Shown here: piece by piece, positions 25,301 to 38,466 of the stretch
How positions within the stretch are numbered: position 1 is the first letter of the stretch
Layout: every line of letters begins with the position of its first letter
Assembly (NCBI RefSeq): GCF_009834535.1
Contig: NC_045730.1
Span: forward strand, 19,654,001-19,718,000
Direction of reading: 5' to 3'
DNA: 64,000 nucleotides
DNA from: Camelus ferus
Lineage: Eukaryota
Notes under the pieces: model-generated
Database searches by the model: none
Told to the model about the DNA's origin: nothing
Seen by the model: only the letters and a program-made list of their open reading frames with translations
Program-made: the position numbers and the translations under genes

Positions 25301-26872
25301 GAATGTGAAAATGTTATGGAGCAAATGCAGAAAACAAACCTGCACAAATTTTAATCTTGATCAGTAGCTAAAATGAAATTTGGAAAAAACACATAAAATC
25401 TGCACTCAAAAATCTACACTCAAAAAGCAAACTGGTATCACTAGCAGAGCAGTGATCTGGAAGAAATCTGGGTCCCCGCACAACCTGGTGGAGCCGACAG
25501 CAGCCTTGTGTGAGAGAGAAGCACTTCTTGGTCCTTTAAGCTGCTGTATTATGGAGCCTCTCTGTCCCAGCAGCCCCACTTCACCCTAGAGCACCCACTG
25601 TTTGTGCCATTATTAAGTAAGAACAAACTACTAAAACATGCCTGTGTACTATGAATGTATCCTTACAAAAACCCACTGTACATGACCCAGCACTCCCACG
25701 TGGGGGTGTACACCCAGGGGAGCTGAAGCAGGGAGGAGCAGACCTCAAGCACTTCTGGCTACTCCCACCCCATGTCCATTCTCTGTGTGGAGAAACAGAA
25801 ATCGCACACTTCAAATTCCAGCCCAGTCTACCACTACTCGGCCACATGACCTCAGACAGTTATTTCATCTCTCAGTATTTCTTATCTGTTGGATGATCCG
25901 CGATTTTAAATTACAATCATTCTCAAAAGCCAAATCTATAAGGACAGTAAGAAATTAGTTTTGGGTCATGGGGAGGAGGGAACCTTGCCCACTATTCTGT
26001 TCCACATCCACTTCCAGGACAATGCAAAGCCACCTCAGAATTCTGGGGTCCACAGAGCAGGCCACAGGATCAGAGCATCTTTCAAGCCTGCAGTATAGGC
26101 AGTGAACTGCATGGGTTCAGGGAAAAAGGCAGCACAGCTCAAAAGAGACCTTATGCCTGAGGGAGTGCTTCTCATGAGCCTCCTGGCCCCCCAGTAAAGC
26201 GTTCTGCCCCCAGAGCCGTCCCCCTCCCCTCCCCCGATCAGAGGCAGGCCTAGAGAGAATGGAAAGAAACCCTGGTATGAGAAAGGAGCTGAGAAAATCA
26301 CTGACACTGACATGAACCATCAGCTACGCCAACGTGCCTGCCAAACCCAAACTTCCAACTGGCCATCTGACCTGAATTCCTCATGGGCATTTAAGCTCAA
26401 CACTAAACCATCATCGTCCAGAATTCCTCGCAGCACACACACTTCACGAGGAGGCCAGCACTTGGTGGTAGCGTCCTCTACGCTCCCTGGGTTTTCTCTT
26501 ACCTATTTCACCCTGAACTACAAGTGGTCACTGTGCTAATGCTCTGCCGTTGACATGCTGAGAGTCAGTGTGACCTGGCCACAATCTTAATTGGTGATCT
26601 TAATGCTTAACATAAAACGATTTAGTCTGACAACACACATGTTGGTGCCTACAGGGGCTGTGGTCCGACTCACAAACTCCCACTCAAACCTTCTCCCTCC
26701 ATGGCTGAGGAGAGCATGTGGGCTCACGCAGGCATTTCCTGCACTAACTCAGGAGGTGTGACACTGTGTATGTCTATGCATGTGCACAAGCACACATGTG
26801 TACGTTCTGTGCCTCATGTGAACTTCCATCCTGAGCACTGATGGTATGCAAACAGCATTCTCAGATAGACGC

Positions 26873-27296
26873 TGCGCTAGTTTCCTAGGGCACCATGACA
26901 ATTACCACAAACTGTGGCTTAAATGATTAAAGCATATCTTCCCAGTTCTAGAGGCCAGCAGTCCAAAATGAAGGTGCGGGCAGGGCTGGGCTCCCTCCAG
27001 ATGCCCTGTTGGAGGAGCCTCCCTAAATCTCTCAGTTTCTGGCTTCACCTGGGCTTGTAGCCACATCCTTCCCGTCCCTGCCTTGTCTTCATGTGGCCTT
27101 TTTCTCTGTGTTTCTATCTCAAACCTCCCCCTTCTTCCTCTTACAAAGACACCAGTCATCAAGCGGATGGCCCCTTCTCAGGATACTCGCATTGGGATAC
27201 TTCCACCTGTGAAGACCATGTTTCCCAGTAAGTTAACATGCACAGGTACCAGGATTCAAGCCTATCTTTTGGGAAGACACAGTTTAACCTACTACA
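26873..27296 (-). mobile_element. MaLR solo LTR (MLT1C/D-like)
   Basis: Begins tg..tagtttcctaggg..ccatgacaattaccacaaact..ggcttaaa and ends gggaagacacagtttaacctactaca, the reverse-complement pattern of MLT1 LTRs. Confidence 0.82.
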
Positions 27297-30200
27297 GACG
27301 CTGAAACAGCCAAAGGGATCACAAACTCTTTTATTCTAATCCCAGGGAGCTGTGGAGGGGAAGCCACTGGGAGAGGGTGCTAAGGCAGAGGCAGCCATGA
27401 GTTATTTCTGGAAGTCTAGCCAGTTTTCACTGATTAATCCCTCCTCCCAGCATGTTGTTTCTACGTGGACAGAAAAGAGAAAGAGTGAAATTCAAAGCGG
27501 GAAGGTAAAGATCTGAACTCACTTTCTTTTTCTTTAGTAACCATTTTCCATTTTGAAGTATTCCAAAGGCCTCATTTAAAAATCATCAGATAACACATCA
27601 GTCTTTCATCCTTACCCCCCAGAATGGATTACTGTGCCACTATAACACCACTCCTTCTGTACTAACGGAAATATACCGACAACACTCAGGACCCAGGTAC
27701 CGGCACTGAAAGCCCCCGCCTGGCCTTAGGAACTCACCCTGCTGAGGGGCTTCCCTTGCTGCGTGTGATTTACCCAGCGGGGTGGGGCAGGCCTATGAGT
27801 GAGCTGATGACCCAGATCACACTGAACATAAGGCCACATGGAGGATGTAAGAGGGAGTCAGACACCCCCCTGGCTGCCCTTGGGCCCACTTTGGAGCAGA
27901 CTTTCTGAGAGGTCTGGAAAATTTACATTAGAATCTCGCAGGTACACTCTTCACTGATAGGACCCCGCAAAACCTCTCTAAAACGCCCCATCATTAATGA
28001 GCAGGAACTATCACCCTGGCACAGACTTCTGGTCCTTTCTGGGCCAGCATATTCTCTGCTAATGGCCAGGGAAGCAGCATGCCTGGCCTGGGGTGGCAGG
28101 CAGCCTGTTCTAAGCACTCGGCTCACACACTGCCTGTGTGGCCCACTGGCCTGGGCATCATCCCCATCCAATCATGTTCCCTGTTTCGCTCTCAAATATG
28201 ACTCCCCAAGACACAGACAGGCCCAGCACAGCCGTACCCCTCAGTCTCCCTTAAGTAGAGAGCAGGCCTCCCAACCATGAAGTAGTTTCAAGTTCTAAGC
28301 TCTCTCTGTCCCCTGTCTGAGGGTCCTCTGGGGTTTAGATACAGCCACAATCACAGGGTCCCTTCCAGACAGTGAAGGGGGATGATTACTGAGGAGCGTC
28401 GAAGCTAAGAAATCTCCAGGTGGAAATTATCAGGACGGGCAGCCTGCACTCTCAGATCTAGGTCTGGCTGACCTAGCGGAGGGGCCTGGTCCAGTGCTGG
28501 GTGTGTCACCTGCACTGCTCTCCTATCCTGTCCTGTGGCTTCCCACACATGCAGGTCTTCACCATCAAACTCAGCATCTGTGAGTAAACTAGATCACTAA
28601 CACAAGCCACAGATGGACAGACACACAGAAGCACATGCCGTTCAAGAAAGGAGCCCATTACCAAACTTAACACTGTGACATTATCCACACAAAGGTTTGT
28701 CCTCCAGAACCATGCTGTCCCACACAGAAGCCACTGGCAACACACAGCTAGATGAAGTTCATTACAATTAAGAGCAAAAGTTCGGTTTCTCCTCTGCACT
28801 AATCCCATTTCAGATGCTACGTACCACGTCAGGCCAGCTCAGAGACAGTTTTCCATCTTACAGAAAGTCCTACTGGACAGCACTGTTCTGGACCCTCTCA
28901 GTACCAATATATTGAAGCTAATTATATTTGTATACTGTAGATGTTAGCCTTCTTCCCACATGAAATAATCAGGGCTATGACAGCATCGCCTCTGTACTGA
29001 CTCTGTCCCTTGAAGTATTTCCTCTTTCTGTAAGATGAGCATCTGCAGAGCATCCCCATTCCACCCCCACACTTACAGATGGCAGGAACCTGGAGTTCTA
29101 GAAAATCAGAGCAAATCAAATCCCTAGGCCCCTCCACCTATAATTTTCTAAAAATCCCTTTAACATTCAGGATAGTCACCACAGTAGCAGTAAACAAACT
29201 TCTGCAGGACACCTGGCACCAGGGAAGGAAGACAACTGGGCTCCCTGACTCTAACCCACCGTGGCTTCTACCCTCCTCAGCAACAGTCACGGCTCATGTG
29301 CTACTCCTTCCTCTGCCCTCCCTTCTTTTACCTCCGGGAAGAGCTTCCCTGTCTCTTCTCAACATCGATCAGCACCACTGCAGGGCTCACTGCCCTTCCC
29401 TGTCCACAGCTCGGTGCTCAGCAGTGCCCCAGACCCATGGTTCCCAAACGCTGCCTGAAACACTGTTCACAAGGGCTGGTTCATGCCTCCATCTGCAACA
29501 CCACAACATTCTGCAGCCAGGGGTCTGGCCTCCTATCTCGAGTAAGCATGAGCAGATCCTGAGTTCCCTGTGAACTTCTCTCTTTAAGGGAAGGCAGCCT
29601 TGGTTCATGACCCTACACTCGGAGCTCCTGCCTCCTGTTGGACTGAATCAGGTCAAGCTCTGATGGACGTTTACTTCAAGGAAACCCTCCAGCCTCCCAG
29701 GGACAACGCAGACCCACAGAGAGTGATGAGCTTGACATCCACCCAGTAGCAGCTGCTGAGCCCAGATCGTGTTGAATCATGTTGTGTATCATGCCCTACT
29801 GAGCATCTGCTGCATGGCTATCAAACATTTCTAGAACATTCCAAGTGTTAAAGTTCAGTCTCAACTGATCAGGAGCATCTTCTGGGGAAATGTATGCATG
29901 TGGGCTACAGGGAGAAGTTACTGTGTGTTCACTACCTAGCACAATACTCAGCAAAAAATCTTGAACAGACTCAAGATCCTGACAGCTGTCCAGACATACA
30001 CCCATTGTCCACCCCATGAAATGGCCAAGTATAGGTGTATAACCACCATTCAACTATCAGAGGCAGAATTAACCCCAAAGTTCTCTCAAGGAGCAGTTTT
30101 CTTTGGTCCCAGGTTTTGGGTTCACCTGAAGTGCCCCTTCACCCAGACATGATGACACCACCCAGGAACACCCACCCTCCACATGCCTCCAGGAAGGGTG

Positions 30201-31689
30201 GGCCCTCCTGACCCCTCCAAGGTGTGCACAGCTGCTTCTATCCCAGGACAGCCACATCTGGGAATGAGGGAATCTCTCTCTACAGAGAACAAACAGCTGC
30301 TGCTTCTACAACTTTGGGAAGGTGCCCTGAGTCTTTGTGACCCAGGTTCAGGTGTGCAATCTAGTGACAGCTGCAATGGTGACACATTGTTTTGTGATGG
30401 ATGGAGGCTATCAATGGTAGTTCTATAGAGATAATTTGAGATTTATTCTCCAGACCTTCTATTCAGTTTTCAGAAAGAAACTACCATGAAGTTCTAGTAA
30501 AAAAAAAATCCTCTGCAATCTGTCACACTGAGACAGTAGAAATTTAGCTGGATTTTAATAGGGTCTATTCCGAGGAACAGACGGGACTATTTTAGGACCA
30601 GTGCTTGCTGGCTTTTTGGAAACATAGTAAAGTCTCTGCCAAGTAAAAGGATGGTTTATGATACTGCTTTGGAAACAAAGAGTTTGGAAAAGTCCTTCCT
30701 TATTATTGTGATATATTAAATATTTATGTATTCTGATAAACTAAACATATTATTAAAAAATAAACAACTACATTTGGTTTACTTCATTCTTGAAATGCAA
30801 CTTCAAGACAGAGGACCCAGCATCCTGAACCAGCTTTGTTCCTGCTGCTCTGTGAGCTGACAAAGGTCACAGGGTCCAGCCTTTGTTCCACAGCAGCCAC
30901 ACACACTGCCATCATTGAGGGGGGAAGCCCACGTTGGCTACTTCATGGGTGATGCTCAGAGGACATTACATTTTGCCTCCATCTCAGAGCTAGGAACCAT
31001 CTTCAAGCAGAGGGCTCAGTGCTACTGAAAGCCCTTTCCACCAAGTTCCTCACTCCCAATTCTTTGATCCAGGGGCACATGACAGGCCTGGCCAGGGGTC
31101 TCCCTCCACAGGATGCCCAGGCTATCAAAGCCCCTCTGAGGGGCACCAGGAGCCCCTGCCTTTCTTCTTCCTTCTGTTCTGCTCCTGGATCCTTGTGGGA
31201 GCCAAGTAGTGCCAGCTAGATACATGGTCAGTTCATGTGAAGCCTCTCCCATGCAGGAACGGTCCACAAAGCAATGCACTATGTGTTCATGACAGGGGCC
31301 TAATGTGCATGGACTTGGAGACACTTAACAATGTAGGTGCTCTGTTTATTTAGTGAATCCAAACTACAAACCACTCACTTTAGTTGTTCAATTCTTCACC
31401 CACCCTGTGCAAAAGCCCAGTTTACCCAGAGGACTGCAAAAGTTTGAGTTCAAAATTTTAAGTTTAGCATGATGCATTCAGAATTCTCATAAAATATTCA
31501 GTTACTTTATTAAAAATCATCTTTTACTGTAACATCAAACAAAATAAAGAAGACTACGGAAAACAAATGCATACCTTAATGAACTACTTTAAGGTGAATC
31601 TTTTAACCATCACCAACAGAACTGTGACCCACCCCAGAAACCAGTCCACAGCCTGCCCCAGTCATTGCATCTTCCCTCCCTGAGAAAGC

Positions 31690-32330
31690 ACCCAAACACC
31701 CGCCCACTTCCCCTCTTCCATTCTCCATACTGCAGCCAGATTATATCAATTTCCTCTTTAAAATCCTTTAAGATAATGTCCAGAGTTCTACATGGCCTGG
31801 GAGCCAGCTCCAAGAAGGCCCCAGTGACCACCCCCCCCGCCACCCCTCGGTTCTCACACTCTTGCATATTCCCTCCCACACTGTGACCTCCAAGACTCGC
31901 TAGAAAGACTAGCTCTCTCTCACATCTCAGCTCTGGGGAACACGCTGACACGTGGCTGGGGAAGGGTCAGCTGTGAGGTCTTGAGGCCTCCTGCCAACAG
32001 CCGTGTGAGGGTGCCATCCTGGAAGCAGAATCTCCAGCCCCAGTTGAGCCTTTAGATGAGTGCTGCCTGGTCAGTATCTTGACCACAATGAGACAATCAG
32101 AGGCAGACTGCCCAGCAAAGCTGCCCTGAGCCTGTGACCCACAGAAACTAGATAATAAATGTTGGTTGTTTGGAGGTATTTTGTCACATAACTATATATG
32201 GGCACCAGCCCCTGTGTGACTGGCCTCTGCCTGCCTTCCTGGTCTCATCTAGAATCACCCTTCAGGCTCCCTACCCACCAGCACTGAACTCCTCTTAGTA
32301 CCACAAAGGCTGTCAGATTCTCTTTTTCAC
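31690..32330 (+). mobile_element. L2 LINE fragment interrupted by an MLT1 LTR
   Basis: L2-like ctccatactgcagccaga...aaaatcctttaag...acatggcc before the LTR and tgactggcctctgcctgccttcc after it. Confidence 0.5.
31930..32200 (+). mobile_element. MaLR LTR 3' part (MLT1D/E/F-like)
   Basis: ctgccaacagccgtgtgag...ccagttgagcctttagatgag...tgacccacagaaactagataataaatgtt..tgtt is a typical MLT1 3' half. Confidence 0.75.
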
Positions 32331-33039
32331 AGAGTACTTAAAGACATGAGAAAATATTCAAAATATAATACTAAGTGAAAAAAAGCAGTATGCAAAGTAC
32401 ATCATATGACCCAATGTAGGTAGGAAGGCACTGGTGTGCACACACGTGTCTGTGAATTCTCCAAATGCTGACCCTTTACCTGGGTGCCCAGCCTACCAAG
32501 ACTGGGCTGGTCCCCCAGCACCACACACACCGTCCCACGCACCAGCCCTTCTTCACCTGCCTCTCCAGACAGGGGCTGCTCCCAGTGCACGGGCTGTGCC
32601 TTCTCTCCATCACACTTCCAGCAACCAGCAGAGACTGGCAATAAATACTCATTAACCAAGACTTGTTATTAAACAGGATTCTGGAATTTTTATCAGAGAC
32701 CATGTTATTGTTTCCTGTAATCATCCTGTGGTACTTCTAAATGTTTGGTGGGAGAGCTGCCAAGAATATTGATGTACTCAGGCCAAGACCCTTGCAACTA
32801 CAGAGCTCTGACAGAGGCTCCAGACTCAGATCAGGCAGAGAGAGTAATTAACATTGATTCTGTTTTGACACTTGCTTTTTATACTTAGATTAAAAGGAGA
32901 AACAAGATGCAAAATTAGCCCACATTCTATTTCAACTCCCTGTATTTCTGTAGTATTTGGACCCTTTCCCTCTGGTTTCTCAGCCTAAGTGTTAAGAAGG
33001 GCCAGCTGGGAAGTGTTAGAGTCTGGGCCTGTGTTGTAG

Positions 33040-33330
33040 TGGGAGGGGGACAGAGAGAGACTGAGATGGAGAGAGAGGGAAGAGACAGAGAGAGGAGAGA
33101 CAGAGAGAGAAGAGACAAAGAAGGAGAGGGAGAGAGAGACAGAGACCGAGAGAGAGCTGAAGAGGGAGAGAGAGAGACAGATGGAGAGAGGGAGACATGG
33201 GGAGAGACAGACAGATGGAGGGGGAGAGAGTGGAGAGAGTCATGAAGAGATGGAGAGACAGAGAGAGAGAGATGGAGAGGAAGACGGACAGACAGAGAGG
33301 TAGAGACAGAGAGATGGGAGCAGCCTGAGG
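33040..33330. repeat. Degenerate (GA)n / GAGACA polypurine repeat
   Basis: About 290 bp of gagagagacaga-type units; the source of the S/L-rich and R/E-rich spurious ORFs at 32927-33409. Confidence 0.93.
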
Positions 33331-34405
33331 AGGGCAGTGAAGCACTCCCGAGTGACATGAAGACGTCTCCACTCGGCTGGGTAGTGCAGACCAGCATCAC
33401 GGCCACCACAGCGGCACTGCTATGTTGATATGCACCAGGACCGAAGTAATGAAGGTGCTTAAAGAGAGAAGAACTTTAGCCTAGTTTTTGTTTTTTGGGA
33501 TTTTTTTTTAGGTTAAGGTTCTTCCTGATTTACTCTTTTCCTCATACAATTTCCTATAAATTGTAAAGATAATGCATGCTGCTGTGAGACACACAGTTAC
33601 CAAAATACTAAATATAACACAAGCTAGACTGCACTTGAGAAATTGGTGTCTGCTGCCCTGTCCCTGACAACAGCCCTTCCAGCTGGGAAAACTTCCCCTC
33701 ATTTTCTCCATCAAGAAACAGGTTCAAAATCATAATGAAATTTATATGGAACCATCAAAGACCTAGAATTGCTAAAGCATTACTGAAGAGAAAGAAAGAG
33801 GCTGGAGGAATAACTCTCCCAGACTTCAGATAATGCTACAGAACTACAGTCATCAAGACAGCATGGTATTGGTACAAAAACAGACATATAGACCAATGGA
33901 AAAGAACAGAGAGCCCACAAATGAACCCACAAACTTTTGGCCAACTAATCTTCAACAAAGGAGGCAAGAATATACAATGGAATAAAGACAGTCTCTTCAG
34001 CAAATGGCTTTGGGAAAACTGGACAGCAGCATGTAAATCAATGAAGCTAGAACACTCCCTTACACCATACACAAAAATCAACTCAAAATGGATCAAATAC
34101 TTAAACATAAGACAAGATCCAATAAACCTCCTAGAGGAAAATATAGGCAAAACATTATCTGATATATGTCTCAAAAATTTTCCCCTAGAAGAAATAAAAG
34201 CAAGAATAAACAAATGGGACCTAATGAAACTTACAAGCTTCTGCACAGCAAAGGAAACCATAAGTAAAACAAAAAGACAACCTACAGAATGGGGAAAATT
34301 TTTTGCAAATGAAACCGACAAAGTCTTGATCTCCAGAATATATAAGCAGCTCATACGACTTAAGAAGAAACAACCAAACAACCCAATCCAAAAATGGGCA
34401 AAAGA

Positions 34406-34683
34406 NNNNNNNNNNNNNNNNNNNNNNNNNNNNNNNNNNNNNNNNNNNNNNNNNNNNNNNNNNNNNNNNNNNNNNNNNNNNNNNNNNNNNNNNNNNNNNN
34501 NNNNNNNNNNNNNNNNNNNNNNNNNNNNNNNNNNNNNNNNNNNNNNNNNNNNNNNNNNNNNNNNNNNNNNNNNNNNNNNNNNNNNNNNNNNNNNNNNNNN
34601 NNNNNNNNNNNNNNNNNNNNNNNNNNNNNNNNNNNNNNNNNNNNNNNNNNNNNNNNNNNNNNNNNNNNNNNNNNNNNNNNNNN
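34406..34683. other. Assembly gap, 278 N
   Basis: N run inside the L1. Confidence 0.99.
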
Positions 34684-34745
34684 TTACCATATGACCCAGG
34701 AATCCTGCTCCTGAGCTTATATCCAGAAGGAACCCTACTTCAAAA

Positions 34746-34900
34746 NNNNNNNNNNNNNNNNNNNNNNNNNNNNNNNNNNNNNNNNNNNNNNNNNNNNNNN
34801 NNNNNNNNNNNNNNNNNNNNNNNNNNNNNNNNNNNNNNNNNNNNNNNNNNNNNNNNNNNNNNNNNNNNNNNNNNNNNNNNNNNNNNNNNNNNNNNNNNNC
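34746..34900. other. Assembly gap, 155 N
   Basis: N run inside the L1. Confidence 0.99.
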
Positions 34901-37900
34901 CATTTGCAGCAACATGGATGCTCCTGGAGAATGTCATTCTAAGTGAAGTAAGCCAGAAAGAGAAAGAAAAATATCATATGAGATCGCTCATATGTGGAAT
35001 CTAAAACAAAAACAAAAACAAATACAAAAAAAGAAAGCATAAATATAAAACAGAAATAGACTCATAGACATAGAATACAAACTTGTGTTTGCCAAGGGGG
35101 CGAAGGGTGGGAAGGGATAGACGGGATTTCAAAATTGTAGAATAGATAAACAAGATTATACTGTATAGAACAGGGAAATATACACAAGATCTTATGGTAG
35201 CTCACAGAGAAAAAATGTGACAATATATATATGTTCATGTATGACTGAAAAATTGTGCTCTACACTGGAATTTGACACAACATTGTAAAATGATTATAAA
35301 TCAATAAAAAATGTTGAAAAAGAAAGAAAGAAAGAAAGAAACGGGTTCAGACAGAGTAAGTTCCCAGGGTACAGAGCCAACACAAAACCCTGTACCTTGC
35401 CCGTTCTTACCTGAAACAAGACCTGAGCCATCTGTATAAGTAATCTGAACAGTTGTGCTTTGCAGAATTCCAGAAATTCACCCCCAAATCTAAAAATCTC
35501 TATTGCTCAGAAATACATAAGGGAAGATACAATTATGTGTTCATAAACTACCATATTACAGTACTGATTTGCATGAGTATTACTCTTGGTCTATATTTAA
35601 TTTCAAAGAGCTGACCCTCCACAGCCCTCCCAGCTGTAGAAATCCAACGTGGCTTCAGGCCCCTCTACTCAGGACCACACTGCCATGGGCAGACTGTGGA
35701 GGCGTGGCTTGCTAGGTTGACTGGAGTCTGGATTTGCCCCCCAGGGATGAATGTGTCAGTAGGACATGGGTGACCACAAGATGGGTATCTGTCAGCACTA
35801 AAATCTGTCAACCTTTGGGTGGAAGACCTGCATCAGGTGGTAGCAGAGGGGAGCTACAAAATGGAAAAAAGAGTCTTTGTCGTCTCTTGAAGCTGCACAC
35901 TTTCATTACTGAGCTCCACTCCACTAGAACTTCGTCCATTCTGAGTCAAAGAGCACCTCTGTCTGCACCTACTCACGGGGCCTGACCAGGGGCAAGGCCT
36001 TTCCCACCCCATCCATAAAGAGAGACAGGCAGGTATACAACACTCACCTGGACTCGTCTCAAAGTTGAGGACTAATCGCAAATTCTAGCCACTCAAAGTA
36101 GGATCAGAAATGGTAATAAACATCTGCATGTAAATTAAGCCACTTGTCACTGCTGGATGAACGATAATGGGAAGTGACAGATGCTGATTTCATGAAATAA
36201 ATTAGTTCTTCAATGTGGCTTTTCAAGGGAATCTTATTCTCCAGCTATTTATAAAATTGGGGTAAACTATTAGTGCTTTGTGAAATGAGCCTTTATGCAA
36301 AGATCCTCGGTACTGTTTTTCATTTACTGTTAATTCCATCAAGGTCTCAATGTTTGGTTTGGCTTTTTACGAAAACATTCATTTTGAGTAACATTTGTTT
36401 ACTCTAAATATCCTCTGCAGGGGGTCAATATGGCAATTTTTTCTATGAAACAGTTTTTTCCATCTTCTATCAATTACATTATTCCACAAGTGAGTGTTTC
36501 TTTTAGATACACTCATGTACATAACACACATGCATTTAAAAGTCATCAATTCATAACTTAGTTACTTACAAGCCAGCAGAAAACAGGGCAAATAAAGCCT
36601 GTGCTCACACAAGGAATTCTAGAAAACAAGTTTTCTTCCTGACTTAAAAATGACCAACATCATTCAGTCGCTAGTAAGTATTTATCGATGCCCCAACAAA
36701 TCAGTTGCTGTTTATAGGCTAGTGGCCAGCTCTCAGGAAGCCACTATTCTGGTGGAAGGAAGGAGCCAGGAAGAGGGAGGAAAAGGCAGGAAATAATACA
36801 AGATCAACCTGGTAACTGCTAGGGTTAAGGTGGTGAGGCCCTGGAGTTGCTACTTTAGATCAAATCCTCAAGAGAAGTCTTGATTCGGCAAAATTTAAAG
36901 AACACCACCCAGAGATTCAGATGGAGGGCAGAGGCAGGAACAAGCCTGGCTGGACCAAGGCCATCTTCTGCCAGACTGCCATGGTCAAGGAAGAGTCACT
37001 CTTCCTCAACGTGAATTTGAAAACTTAACATGTGTCCCTGATACAGGTAAGCATATGTTAACATTTCAGAAGGTGATCATTTGTCGGACAGTTATCTGTA
37101 CAGCATGAAGGCTGTTAAGTCTTTCCCAGCTCTGAAACCCTGTGATCTTCCTCTGCCAACAACAGTCACTCTTTAGAAAGCATTTTAGGCACAAAGAATT
37201 CCACTGGAATACAAAGATGGGGCCCTAAATTTATCTGTTTCAGATTGATATTATTTTTCTAAGTTAATTGAGCAACACTGGAACAAAATTATGAGAAATG
37301 TCAGTCAATCCACTTGGCCAGTTTAACAGTTCAGTATGTGTAACAATGCTCCCCCCAAGACTGTGTCATTAATGATGTAAAGGGAAGAATCTAGGGGAAG
37401 GAGCAGAACCCCAGCCCTGCCAGGAGCCTTCACTGTGACCCTAAAGAAGTCACTAATCTCTTTCTTCAACTTCCTCCTGGGAAGGAGAGTAAAGTAGAGG
37501 GATCAGATCTGAGATTCCAACAAAGAGCCTGAAAGAGACTTCCAAAATTTTGAAAGTTTAGTAGGAATTACATGTTTGTTTCTATGATATCACACAAGAT
37601 AAGTAAGAGTGTAATTTCTCCTTTTCCCAAGAATAATGCTCAACTGGGTGTGATAGCACTGGCCGTATTTTATGCTGATCATAAGCTCTGAGGCAGTTCT
37701 GTGTTTCAGATGAATACTTTTGACAATGAAGGAAGTGCCTGGGCACTTGGTCCCAGACTGCCAGACACTGAAGACGATATGTAGCTGGGAAAACAGCCTG
37801 GCCTAGAATGTCTGGTCTTCACTGAGGAACTTCAGAAGAAAGAGCCAGAAAAGGGCTGCAGTAAACCTAAAGCAAATACTGCTCTCCCATATAAAGGTAG

Positions 37901-37907
37901 TCAGCAC

Positions 37908-38466
37908 TGAAGGGCAGCAGAACATGCCACCCCGAAACACAACTGCAGGAGTTCAGGACACACCACCCTGAAATGAGCCACTATGCTGGATTATCTTGAG
38001 CTGAAGGCACTGGCAGGGCAGCAGATCCAGAGAGCACATCCTTTGAAATCACCTCACCTGCCTGAACACAGAGCCTCCACAGGAACTCAGGTGTCACAGG
38101 TCCCCTCCCCAGGAGCTTCACCACCAGAAAGACTGACTCTTGTCACAGGAGAGGAGCCTAGAAGTGGACCCCACACCCAGACTGTCACAAACTGCCATCC
38201 TCCCATCCGTCCTCTAAGGGCCCACTCTTCTTCCCTAAGAATCCTTCCTCTCCCCTAGGAGCTACCTTCCACCTCCCCTTCACCTGTTAGCCTGAATTCT
38301 AAACCACTCTGAGAGTTACTCATTTTCCTGGGCGTCTCCCATGTGTACATGACATACACATGTTAATAAACTTCTGTTTTTCTCCTGTTAATCTGGCTTT
38401 TATTATAGGAGTCTCAGCTAAGAACTCAGAAGGGTAGAGGGAAAATTACTTTTCCTCTCCCATATA
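37908..38466 (+). mobile_element. ERV1-class solo LTR (MER34/MER39-like)
   Basis: Starts tgaagggcagcagaacatgccacccc, has ggattatcttgagctgaaggca, a poly(A) signal (gttaataaacttctg), and ends gaagggtagagggaaaattacttttcctctcccatata. Flanked by gcac (37904-37907) and gcat (38467-38470), consistent with a 4-bp TSD with one mismatch. Confidence 0.8.

Larger units (their letters stand above)
33727..35335 (+). mobile_element. Young 5'-truncated LINE-1 (C-terminal ORF2 plus 3' UTR) with 14-bp TSD
   Basis: ORF 33921-34405 translates as L1 ORF2 ([51 protein letters not shown]); 3' tail and (GAAA)n at about 35300-35340. TSD aagaaacaggttca (33713-33726) vs aagaaacgggttca (35336-35349). Contains two N gaps. 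Confidence 0.95.

Noticed and set aside
28510-28577. 68-nt minus-strand exon-like segment (AEFDGEDLHVWEATGQDRRAVQ)
   Set aside because: Modest donor (GTGACA) and no homology recognised; inclusion would shift frame relative to DIP2C exon 2.
32927-33409. S/L-rich 160-aa and R/E-rich ORFs
   Set aside because: Translations of the (GA)n tract.
33836-34937. Long ORFs of 359, 257 and 106 aa
   Set aside because: They run through N gaps; the real part is L1 ORF2 or its antisense.
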